From a virus (taxonomy: Duplodnaviria; Heunggongvirae; Uroviricota; Caudoviricetes), in the IMG/VR virus record IMGVR_UViG_2537561977_000024: a DNA stretch of 37,316 bases; one strand, given 5' to 3'. The first letter of the stretch is position 1. Each line of letters opens with the position of its first letter. This document shows, one piece after another, positions 20,043-28,917 of the stretch. Both the position numbers and the translations under genes were made by a program. A model generated the notes under the pieces. It saw nothing but the letters and a program-made list of their open reading frames with translations. It was not told where the DNA came from and made no database searches.

Positions 20043-20045
20043 GGA

Positions 20046-21104
20046 TTACGCTCCGGTTTCTGCTGCGGCGGCGCTGAAGTCGCCAATCTGGATGTTTTCC
20101 ACCAGTGCGGCGCAGCGGTAGTCCTCAACCACATAGGCTTCGTTAACGGATTCAAAATTTTCAATCCGGTCACGTTTCGGGTTGTCGATAACTGAACGGC
20201 GGCGGGTATCTTCCTGCCAGTAGATGGACAGGTTATCCAGACGGGTGATCAGCAGCGCATTCGGCGGGAAGAACGGCGCACGCACGGCCTGCAGGCCCCC
20301 CATGCGCTTCTGACTGATGATCATATCGGCAGCCAGTTTTTCACTGTTTTCCTGCTCTTTGTTGACCAGCGGGAAATACTTGTCAGACAGCAGTTCACGG
20401 CCGCAAATCACCACCAGATCGTCATCGTCCTGGTAGACCACGTCGATAAGCTCATTGACGGCATCCATCACCACGGCGTCCAGGTTGGCATATTCGCCAC
20501 CTTTCCCGACTTTCACCGCGCCCGGTGTGGTTTCACCGCCCGTGGTGGTGCTGCCCATGACATGATCCGGTGCATCCTCACGGATTTTCTGCAGCCAGCC
20601 TTTGTTCACATCCTGCAGCAGCGGGTTTTCACTACGGTTGGAGGTTTTCGCACGCTTCAAGCCGTTAAAGCCGATCATGATGCGGTCCAGTGCCTGACGT
20701 TTCACGATGGCGTCACGGATACGCACCTGGAAATCCTGAAACTTCGCCCACAGGTCCAGCTTCGCGTAGGTCAGCACCGTGTCAAAGTTGGTCTGCTCGC
20801 ATTTATATTCCACATCGACCATCAGCGTCGGATCGACAGGTTCACGCTCTTTCGCGGTGGTGTCAGTGGTTCCGGCAATGGTGCTGCCAACACCCAGCCC
20901 CAGCAGCTGACCGGACTGCTCAGTCACTGGCGTGACGTTAATCAGCGTCAGGAAAGCGGCGGACTGCTGGATCTGGTCTTCCAGCGTCTGCTGCACAGAC
21001 GGCTCCACAGTGAATTTGCTGGACAGTTCTTCAACTGCCACACCGTTCAGACGCGCCAGCTGCTGCAGGTAAGCGTTAAAAGCAAAGCGGGTATTCTTCT
21101 TCAT
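20046..21104 (-). CDS. N: major capsid protein N
   Basis: 352-aa ORF; length and position like P2 gpN. Confidence 0.9.
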   Translation of the reverse strand: MKKNTRFAFNAYLQQLARLNGVAVEELSSKFTVEPSVQQTLEDQIQQSAAFLTLINVTPVTEQSGQLLGLGVGSTIAGTTDTTAKEREPVDPTLMVDVEYKCEQTNFDTVLTYAKLDLWAKFQDFQVRIRDAIVKRQALDRIMIGFNGLKRAKTSNRSENPLLQDVNKGWLQKIREDAPDHVMGSTTTGGETTPGAVKVGKGGEYANLDAVVMDAVNELIDVVYQDDDDLVVICGRELLSDKYFPLVNKEQENSEKLAADMIISQKRMGGLQAVRAPFFPPNALLITRLDNLSIYWQEDTRRRSVIDNPKRDRIENFESVNEAYVVEDYRCAALVENIQIGDFSAAAAETGA

Positions 21105-21120
21105 CGGGTTTTGTGCTCCA

Positions 21121-21953
21121 TCAGCAATTGGTCAGAGTGTCAGCGGGGGCGTTACCGCCTGTTGCACGCTGGCGGTAGTCCTGGCGGCTGTCTTCATGAC
21201 TCAGCTTGTCCACCAGTTCGTTAAAGGCGGTTTGCTGTGCCTGCAGGGCAGTCTCCAGCTCAGACAGGCGTTCTTCCTGCTCAGACAGGGATTTTTCGGT
21301 GCGTGCGCTCAGATTCTGCTGCTCAGTGGCGACCAGCTCCACGGCCTTATGCACATCAGAGAACCGGGCGTCATCGGACTGCTCTTTTTGGTAAACAGCG
21401 CCGTGACGCGGGCAAACAGGGACGGTTTGTCGTCCTGGATTTCTTCCAGTTCGATCACCGTTTCCTCTGCAGCGGTAAAGAGATTGGCAGGATTCTGCTT
21501 GCGGTTTGCCAGCGGGTTATGGGCTGCACTGGCGCTGAATGTCAGCATTTCCGTACCCAGACTGGCAGGGTCATCAGTGGCAGCCAGGCCGACCAGGTAG
21601 GCTTTGCCCGTATCAGCGAACTTCGGGCTGACTTCCATAGAGGTGAATAATTTCTGGCCTTTTTTCACCAGTTCCACCAGGGACTCCGTTGGCTCAACGT
21701 CGGCATACAGCGCCATCTTGCCTGCCAGCGGACCTTCCGTGATTTCTTCAGCAAACAGCGCCGTCACCTTGCCGTAGCGGTTAAAGGTGCTGTCCGGCAG
21801 ATAAGACTTGATGTGCTCAAGGTTAATCAGCGCGGTATACACCGCCGGGTTGTAGCTGGCTGCCATCTGTTCCAGCCATTCACGCTGGATTTCGCGTCCG
21901 TCGGTGGTGGCACCTTCCACCCCGATGCGAAAACGCTTTGCTTTCACTGTCAT
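21121..21953 (-). pseudogene. O: capsid scaffold gene O interrupted by a single-base frameshift
   Basis: Two ORF pieces (21309..21953 and 21121..21354) in different frames; joining at the A5 run 21385-21389 restores a ~278-aa gpO-like protein. Confidence 0.75.
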
Positions 21954-22031
21954 GAGCCGTGCTCCGTTAGAAAAAACTTACTGGAGCCTTATGGTTGCGG
22001 TGATGGGGGCAGTGAAACAATGCGCGGTATT

Positions 22032-22049
22032 TGTACCGACAACCACACA
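22032..22049. promoter_or_regulatory. TGT-N12-ACA late-promoter activator site in divergent O/P region
   Basis: TGTACCGACAACCACACA, close in sequence to the site upstream of FI. Confidence 0.5.
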
Positions 22050-22095
22050 AACCGCAGGCGGGGAAAGCCTTCATTCAAGGCTGTAGGTTTGTGCC

Positions 22096-23862
22096 ATGAA
22101 CACCACACTGACACCCGCAGATCTCGATCCCCGTCGGCAGGCCATGCTGCTGTACTTTCAGGGATACCGCGTCGCCCGCATTGCTGAAATGCTGGGCGAG
22201 AAAGTTGCAACCGTTCACAGCTGGAAAAAACGCGACAAGTGGGGTGACTATGGGCCGCTGGATCAGATGCAGCTCACCACCGCCGCACGCTACTGCCAGC
22301 TCATCATGAAGGAGCACAAAGAAGGGAAAGATTTCAAAGAGATTGACCTGCTGGCGCGCCAGTCTGAGCGCCACGCGCGGATCGGCAAGTTTAACAATGG
22401 CGGCAACGAAGCCGACTTAAACCCTAACGTCGCCAACCGCAACAAAGGCCCACGCCGTCAGCCTGAAAAGAATGTTTTCACCGATGAACAGATTGAGAAG
22501 CTGGAAGAAATCTTCCATTCCTCCATGTTCAACTACCAGCGCCACTGGTGGGAAGCCGGAAAAACCAACCGCATCCGCAACCTGCTGAAGTCACGCCAGA
22601 TCGGCGCGACCTTCTATTTTGCCCGTGAAGCCCTGATTGACGCCCTGCTGACCGGACGTAACCAGATTTTCCTTTCCGCCAGTAAGGCACAGGCCCACGT
22701 CTTTAAGCAGTACATCATCGACTTTGCCAAAGAAGTGGAGGTGGAGCTGAAAGGCGATCCGATGGTGCTTCCTAACGGGGCCACGCTTTACTTCCTCGGC
22801 ACCAATGCCCGCACTGCCCAGAGTTACCACGGCAACCTGTATCTGGATGAATATTTCTGGATACCAAAATTCCAGGAACTGCGCAAAGTGGCTTCCGGTA
22901 TGGCTATTCACAAGAAATGGCGACAGACCTATTTTTCCACGCCATCCAGCCTGACACACAGTGCTTATCCGTTCTGGTCCGGTGCACTGTTCAACCGTGG
23001 GCGCAACAAAGCCGATAAGGTGGACATCGACCTGTCCCACAGCAATCTGGCCCCCGGCCTGCTGTGCGCAGACGGGCAATACCGCCAGATAGTCACCGTG
23101 GAAGATGCGGTGCGCGGCGGCTGTAACCTGTTCGACCTCGACCAGCTACGCATGGAGTACAGCCCGGACGAATACCAGAACCTGCTGATGTGCGAGTTTG
23201 TGGACGATCTCGCGTCCGTGTTTCCGCTCAGCGAGCTGCAGGCGTGCATGGTGGACAGTTGGGAAGTCTGGACCGACTTTCATGCACTGGCGCTGCGCCC
23301 GTTTGGCTGGCGCGAAGTGTGGATCGGTTATGACCCGGCAAAAGGTACGCAAAACGGCGACAGCGCCGGATGCGTGGTGGTGGCACCGCCAGCCGTGCCG
23401 GGTGGTAAGTTCCGCATTCTTGAGCGTCACCAGTGGCGCGGGATGGACTTCCGCGCCCAGGCTGACGCCATCAAAAAACTTACCGAACAGTACAACGTGA
23501 CTTATATCGGTATCGACTCAACCGGCGTTGGTCACGGGGTTTACGAGAACGTGAAAGCGTTCTTTCCTGCCGTCCGGGAGTTTGTCTACAACCCCAACGT
23601 TAAAAACGCCCTGGTACTCAAGGCCTACGACATTATCAGCCACCGCCGTCTGGAGTTTGACGCCGGACACACCGACATTGCGCAGTCATTTATGGCAATC
23701 CGTCGCGCCACCACCGCCAGTGGCAACCGCCCGACCTATGAAGCCAGCCGCAGCGAAGAAGCCAGCCACGCCGATCTGGCATGGGCAACGATGCACGCAC
23801 TGTTTAACGAACCGCTGCAGGGCGAATCCGCCAATACCAGCAATATTGTGGAGATTTTTTGA
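22096..23862 (+). CDS. P: terminase large (ATPase) subunit P
   Basis: 588-aa ORF beginning MNTTLTPADLDPRRQAMLLYFQGYRVA like P2 gpP. Confidence 0.9.
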   Translation: MNTTLTPADLDPRRQAMLLYFQGYRVARIAEMLGEKVATVHSWKKRDKWGDYGPLDQMQLTTAARYCQLIMKEHKEGKDFKEIDLLARQSERHARIGKFNNGGNEADLNPNVANRNKGPRRQPEKNVFTDEQIEKLEEIFHSSMFNYQRHWWEAGKTNRIRNLLKSRQIGATFYFAREALIDALLTGRNQIFLSASKAQAHVFKQYIIDFAKEVEVELKGDPMVLPNGATLYFLGTNARTAQSYHGNLYLDEYFWIPKFQELRKVASGMAIHKKWRQTYFSTPSSLTHSAYPFWSGALFNRGRNKADKVDIDLSHSNLAPGLLCADGQYRQIVTVEDAVRGGCNLFDLDQLRMEYSPDEYQNLLMCEFVDDLASVFPLSELQACMVDSWEVWTDFHALALRPFGWREVWIGYDPAKGTQNGDSAGCVVVAPPAVPGGKFRILERHQWRGMDFRAQADAIKKLTEQYNVTYIGIDSTGVGHGVYENVKAFFPAVREFVYNPNVKNALVLKAYDIISHRRLEFDAGHTDIAQSFMAIRRATTASGNRPTYEASRSEEASHADLAWATMHALFNEPLQGESANTSNIVEIF

Positions 23863-24899
23863 TGGGAAAGAGTAAGAAGAACCGAGCTGCGGCGACGAAA
23901 CAGATCCAGCTTAAAAGTCAAACTACAGCCGAAGCATTCAGCTTCGGCGATCCCGTTCCTGTTCTGGACCGCCGTGAACTGCTGGACTATGTGGAATGCG
24001 TACAGATGGACCGTTGGTATGAGCCGCCCGTCAGCTTTGACGGACTGGCGCGCACCTTCCGCGCCGCCGTGCATCACAGTTCCCCGATTGCAGTAAAGTG
24101 CAACATTCTGACCAGTACCTATATCCCTCATCCGCTGCTCAGCCAGCAGGCTTTTTCGCGTTTTGTGCAGGACTATCTGGTATTTGGTAACGCCTACCTG
24201 GAGAAACGCACGAACCGATTCGGTGAAGTTATCGCCCTTGAGCCTGCCCTGGCAAAATACACCCGACGTGGATTAGACCTGGATACCTACTGGTTTGTGC
24301 AATACGGCATGACAACGCAACCGTATCAGTTCACGAAAGGCAGCATTTTTCACCTGATGGAACCGGATATCAACCAGGAGATCTACGGCCTGCCCGGTTA
24401 TCTTTCTGCCATTCCGTCAGCCCTGCTCAACGAGTCCGCCACGCTGTTCCGTCGAAAGTATTACATTAACGGCAGTCATGCAGGCTTCATCATGTACATG
24501 ACCGACGCCGCGCAGAACCAGGAGGATGTAAACAACCTCCGTAACGCGATGAAAAGCGCCAAAGGACCAGGTAACTTCCGCAATCTGTTTATGTACTCGC
24601 CTAACGGCAAAAAGGACGGACTTCAGATCATCCCATTGTCAGAAGTCGCGGCGAAGGATGAGTTTCTGAATATCAAAAATGTCAGCCGCGATGACATGAT
24701 GGCAGTGCACCGTGTGCCACCGCAAATGATGGGGATTATGCCGAATAATGTTGGGGGGTTTGGGGATGTGGAGAAGGCAAGCCGTGTATTCGTCCGAAAT
24801 GAGCTAATGCCACTACAAAAGCGATTACAGGAGATGAATGATTGGCTTGGCAAGGAGGCGATACGGTTTGATACCTACTCGCTAGATATAGCCCCATAA
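23859..24899 (+). CDS. Q: portal protein Q
   Basis: 346-aa ORF overlapping P stop; length like P2 gpQ. Confidence 0.9.
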   Translation: MMGKSKKNRAAATKQIQLKSQTTAEAFSFGDPVPVLDRRELLDYVECVQMDRWYEPPVSFDGLARTFRAAVHHSSPIAVKCNILTSTYIPHPLLSQQAFSRFVQDYLVFGNAYLEKRTNRFGEVIALEPALAKYTRRGLDLDTYWFVQYGMTTQPYQFTKGSIFHLMEPDINQEIYGLPGYLSAIPSALLNESATLFRRKYYINGSHAGFIMYMTDAAQNQEDVNNLRNAMKSAKGPGNFRNLFMYSPNGKKDGLQIIPLSEVAAKDEFLNIKNVSRDDMMAVHRVPPQMMGIMPNNVGGFGDVEKASRVFVRNELMPLQKRLQEMNDWLGKEAIRFDTYSLDIAP

Positions 24900-24903
24900 T
24901 AAG

Positions 24904-24930
24904 AAAAGCCACCGTTTGGTGGCTTTTCTT
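24904..24930. terminator. bidirectional hairpin terminator between Q and the cargo operon
   Basis: aaaagccacc-gttt-ggtggctttt between convergent genes. Confidence 0.6.
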
Positions 24931-24933
24931 CAT

Positions 24934-25674
24934 TTACTCAATAGGTTCAAACTCATCTTGAGGAATCAGCGTCGATTGACAGGCTTGGCTTAGTACCCCT
25001 GATAATTTACATAATAACCGATAGTTATGAGGAGCATCATCGCTAATCTTTTCGACCGTTAAAGTGATTGATTTTGGATCATCCAATAACATCTTCTTGA
25101 TGTCATTACTTAAATACCTAGGGCAGTAACCAACGATTTCAGCTGGTTTATCTGCACGAACGACAACAGCATCCCCATCGTATTCATTTTGAAGATCCAA
25201 GCAAAGACGCAAAATTTGCCCCGGTTTCAATTCAGATACACGAGCATTAGCTAAGCTATTCAAGTAACCAAGTCCATGTAAGAAGAAAAAATGCTCAAAG
25301 TTACCATCAGAATCAAAATCAATTTTTTTGAAAATCTGCAGCTGATCAGTGCTTCGTAAGCCTCCCGAGCGAGCAAGAATATCGATAGGATTTACCTTAT
25401 CTTCTTCAAATCCAAGCCATTTAATGAAACTCGGATACTCTGGACGTCTCGGTGATAAAAGGCGATTTTTAAAAAGAGGAAACAATTCTTCCGATACATA
25501 AGTTTCACGAACATCACTCATGCCGCTAAACTTTGTAAATTTAGAAGATTTAAGAGCACCTTTGGTATACCTGAAAACATACCCCGATTTGCGCTCTTGC
25601 AAGTTACCAACAACATGCCAGTCTCTGGTATCTGGTGCCTGCCATGCGACGTAAACGGAGTTTGTATTAGTCAT
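24934..25674 (-). CDS. HipS-like N-domain fused to C-terminal HIRAN-like domain
   Basis: N-terminal VGNL..FRY...LFPLFKNRLLSP resembles HipA N-subdomain; C-terminal LRLCLDLQNEYDGDAVVVRA...VGYCPRYLS..IKKMLL fits HIRAN consensus; start overlaps kinase stop (ATGA). Confidence 0.6.
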   Translation of the reverse strand: MTNTNSVYVAWQAPDTRDWHVVGNLQERKSGYVFRYTKGALKSSKFTKFSGMSDVRETYVSEELFPLFKNRLLSPRRPEYPSFIKWLGFEEDKVNPIDILARSGGLRSTDQLQIFKKIDFDSDGNFEHFFFLHGLGYLNSLANARVSELKPGQILRLCLDLQNEYDGDAVVVRADKPAEIVGYCPRYLSNDIKKMLLDDPKSITLTVEKISDDAPHNYRLLCKLSGVLSQACQSTLIPQDEFEPIE

Positions 25675-26585
25675 TCTAGTAACCTTCTGCGATTTTCCAT
25701 TACCATTAACGTTGCAAATCTACGTGCACTGTCGGATATACACGATGAAGGCACTTGGTTAAACACATCTGTAATGGAATCTTCTGTTAAAACGCTCAAC
25801 TTACCTAACCAATGGTCGCGAGCGGCAACTCTCCCTTCAACTGCATGTTGAAATGCTTCAACAGTCAGCAAGGGCTTTTTATCAGTTTTTGCTTTGAATA
25901 GCTCAGAGCGAGCTTTTCTTACAAAACATGGGATTTGTCGATTTTTATCTTTAGTATTAAGCCGTTCGTTACGCTCATCATCTAACATCTCCCTTCCTAA
26001 ACTAGCGGCATGATCGTATGTTGGACACAAAAACTGCTCACCAGTTTCATTGTTAAGCATGATTGCCCAATTTTCATGGTGGCGATCTTGATTACTCACA
26101 AGTGCATCGAGCATCAAATATCCACAAAATACATCTGCTGCATTTAGCCCGGTTAGATCATATACACTCGGAGGAGGCTTGATAGATTCCCTATCTAAAC
26201 AACCCAAGACCCTTGTGACAGTGTGTTCTCTGACCCTTACCGGCTTTTCCCCGGCTTGTAAAGGCCCAGGATAATCGAATGTCGAACTGTGAAGCACTTC
26301 ATTTCCCATTACCATCCGGAAACCAGATGGAATGATATTCTGAGTCACCACACCGAATCGACCATTGTATCGCGCCAAATCATAGCTAGCATGTGGAATG
26401 TTAAGCAAATGACATAACTCAGCAGCACACTTTTCAGACCAATGCTCGCCAGTACCTGGCCTAGAGTACTTAAACAACTGCAAATTTACAGTGTCATCGG
26501 AGAAATAGAACCAAAACTTCTCTTTGGTTCCTAACTGTTCAAGATCGTTAGCTACGGGGCTAAGCTCTACCAATTGGTATGGCAT
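25671..26585 (-). CDS. HipA-family Ser/Thr kinase core (HipT-like, lacks HipA N-subdomain)
   Basis: Gly-rich loop LGTKEKF at residues 18-24, catalytic VSNQDRHHENW (D167), PTYDHAAS (D191), with HipA-like spacing. Confidence 0.7.
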   Translation of the reverse strand: MPYQLVELSPVANDLEQLGTKEKFWFYFSDDTVNLQLFKYSRPGTGEHWSEKCAAELCHLLNIPHASYDLARYNGRFGVVTQNIIPSGFRMVMGNEVLHSSTFDYPGPLQAGEKPVRVREHTVTRVLGCLDRESIKPPPSVYDLTGLNAADVFCGYLMLDALVSNQDRHHENWAIMLNNETGEQFLCPTYDHAASLGREMLDDERNERLNTKDKNRQIPCFVRKARSELFKAKTDKKPLLTVEAFQHAVEGRVAARDHWLGKLSVLTEDSITDVFNQVPSSCISDSARRFATLMVMENRRRLLE

Positions 26586-26679
26586 CTGACATCCCTGTTT
26601 AGCGGATTATGAATAAGTTAGGTTCCATTTTATCCAAACATTGTCAAATACCCTAAGATTTATTAGATGATAGAGCGAT

Positions 26680-26697
26680 ACTGTATGTATGTCCAGC
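26680..26697. promoter_or_regulatory. possible LexA box upstream of kinase operon
   Basis: ACTGTATGTATGTCCAGC: CTG-N10-CAG with one canonical CTGTAT half-site; ~100 bp upstream of 26585 start. Confidence 0.3.
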
Positions 26698-26737
26698 AAT
26701 CAAATCAATATATAACTCTTATATGGCTTAACGCGCG

Positions 26738-26756
26738 CTCGTATCCCCGCCACGCC
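26738..26756 (-). other. candidate cos cohesive-end site
   Basis: Minus-strand GGCGTGGCGGGGATACGAG resembles P2/186 cos 19-mers as recalled (first 13 nt match the 186 form). Confidence 0.4.
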
Positions 26757-27142
26757 TGCCCGCTTTATGTAGTGGTTTTCATGCACTTGCATGACATAAA
26801 CAAAAGCCCGCCATTCCTGGCGGGCCTCAACTAAAACGATCTTCAAACGATCATGCGAATTCATGCGGCATAGACATGCATTGTTGCTTTATCGATCTTT
26901 TCTTACTTCAAGTGAGTCCTTATGGCCTCCTGTCCACCTTGCGCTGCGCGTTCCCCCTGCCTCCCTTTGTCATAACTTAGATTTAATCCTCATAAATCAA
27001 GAGGTACTACACAAAGTACCAACTCACAACACTCAACAAACAGCCAATAATGAGCATAATACTAACTTGACTACTCCATAAAAAAATACGTAAACTACAT
27101 TCATCAACAGTATTTCTCTAAAAAAGACGGGGTCACAATTCA

Positions 27143-27623
27143 ATGGCTACTACCAACTGTATTACTGTACTTACTGCTCGTGGTTTAACAGAGATTTTGA
27201 ACACAGGGGGAAGCCAAGCATGGAGACTTGACGCCAGCCATGCAGCTAAGCACGAATATTTAGTTTGTGTACAAAATTCGAGAAAGGACTGGGGATCACA
27301 AGAAGCAAAACATCATCATGCTTTTATGATCGGTCGAATCTCGGGAGTAAGCAGGGCTCCAGAAAACCCTAAACGCTGGATCATAAACATCAATTCTTAT
27401 GCTGAAATTGACATCCCAGGACAATGGGATGGCAATCGGAATCCCGTTTCTTATCGCAACCTCAAAGACATTGGCATTGAGGCTGACAAGTTGGAATTTA
27501 AAGCTCTTCCCAAATTAACCCCGACTAATTCGATTGTCGATCAAGCGGGTGATGAGTACGAAGAAGAAGAAGAAAATGTAGTTAAGCCGTTAACACTTCA
27601 GGAGGCAAAAGCAGGGCTAGCCC
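27143..27623 (+). CDS. hypothetical protein, 3' end replaced by IS insertion
   Basis: ORF after 550-bp AT-rich region; acidic DEYEEEEEN linker; reading frame runs into IS left end at 27624; original C-terminus continues after IS at 28927. Confidence 0.5.
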
Positions 27624-28917
27624 CTGAGGGATCCCCAGAAAATTTAGTAAACCATTATCATATTGGTATACCGTTGCTGTAGAACTTTCAGCCCTGCGTC
27701 AAGTGACAGTGTGTTTAGTATGAGTGGAGAATGTCGAATCACATTCTCCGCCAGTTTTAATAACGAGATGACTCGCCTGTGCTTCACTGTATTTGCCTGA
27801 TATTTATGATGTATCCCTTTGTTTTCCAGGCTGAAACCGCTTAACCACATAATGATACTGGCTAATGTTGCGATCAGACTCAATACCGTGACCCGCCCGG
27901 ATGAATGACTGGCACCAAACCGTAGTCCAAATCCCCAGCGAGGATTTTTTTCATCCCTGAAATTTTGCTCAATTTGCATTCTACGGCTGTATAATTTCAT
28001 TACCTGTTTTGGCGAGAACTCAGTACTGTTTGTGAAAATAAACCATGGTGATTTCCCGGCAGTACGAGCTTTAGCCGTCACCGATGGTCTGGTTGCTCTT
28101 TCCTTCGAGCGTTTAAATCTACGACCTTTAGGCTTACTTTTATAAAGATAAAAATGCCCTTCATGTTGTGCATTTTTATCTCGACCCAGCAGGCCTTCAC
28201 CTAAATAAATTGCTGTCGTTGATGCTTTTGTGCCTGAGTCCGACACCTTTTCCCAGCCATTACCAACATTGTAATAATGATTGCCCAGTACCCGGCAAAT
28301 ATAGGTCCAGCCACGGGAGCGGAGCTGTTGGAACCATCGCCCCTGAAAACCGGCATCTGTAATAACAATGACATCAGTCCCGGGGGAAAAGCACTCAGCA
28401 AGCGATTCCAGAAAACGCTCATGTACATCTGCATTCGCTGTCTGTGATGATGGAACGACACAACTCATCAACGGTAAAGAACGCCCGTCACATGCCAGGC
28501 TTGCCCGCAAAAGCTGAAAACGAGAGGCATGATAAGCACTCCAGTCAATGAGTATCACAACACGAGACATTCCCCGCGTAATCTTTTGGGTAATTCGCTG
28601 AAAAATGGTGGAAACCTCATTTTGCAAATGTCGATTCCCCAACAGTCGATCCACCCGCTTTATTTTGTTTTTAACTGATGCCGTACCGGTTAAATGACGC
28701 CCGATACTGGTAAGTGTGAGGGAAGCGCCATTTATTACAGCATTAGTTGCGTCAATCAGTGATTTTTGACGGTAAAGATGCAAAGGGGCCAGTATGTTGT
28801 TAAGGAAATTTTGGCATAATGAACGTGCAGGCATAGTGGTGATCTCCTTGAAATTGTTAGCACAATCAATTAGATCACATCTCACTATGCCTGTCTTGTT
28901 TTCTGGGGATTCCTCAG
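27624..28917. mobile_element. IS10-like insertion sequence (IS4 family)
   Basis: Terminal inverted repeats CTGAGGGATCCCCAGAAAA / CTGAGGAATCCCCAGAAAA; flanked by direct repeat GGCTAGCCC (27615-27623 and 28919-28927). Confidence 0.8.
27644..28834 (-). CDS. IS10-type DDE transposase
   Basis: Motifs KRVDRLLGNRHL, TDAGF, YSRRMQIEQNFRDEK align with IS10 transposase as recalled; start set at MPARS. Confidence 0.85.
   Translation of the reverse strand: MPARSLCQNFLNNILAPLHLYRQKSLIDATNAVINGASLTLTSIGRHLTGTASVKNKIKRVDRLLGNRHLQNEVSTIFQRITQKITRGMSRVVILIDWSAYHASRFQLLRASLACDGRSLPLMSCVVPSSQTANADVHERFLESLAECFSPGTDVIVITDAGFQGRWFQQLRSRGWTYICRVLGNHYYNVGNGWEKVSDSGTKASTTAIYLGEGLLGRDKNAQHEGHFYLYKSKPKGRRFKRSKERATRPSVTAKARTAGKSPWFIFTNSTEFSPKQVMKLYSRRMQIEQNFRDEKNPRWGFGLRFGASHSSGRVTVLSLIATLASIIMWLSGFSLENKGIHHKYQANTVKHRRVISLLKLAENVIRHSPLILNTLSLDAGLKVLQQRYTNMIMVY

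Noticed and set aside
22591-23079. 162-aa minus-strand ORF
   Set aside because: Lies inside terminase gene P on the opposite strand.
26796-26820. Hairpin gcccgcc-attcct-ggcgggc
   Set aside because: No adjacent T-run on the strand of any upstream gene, so not called as a terminator; may be part of the packaging region.
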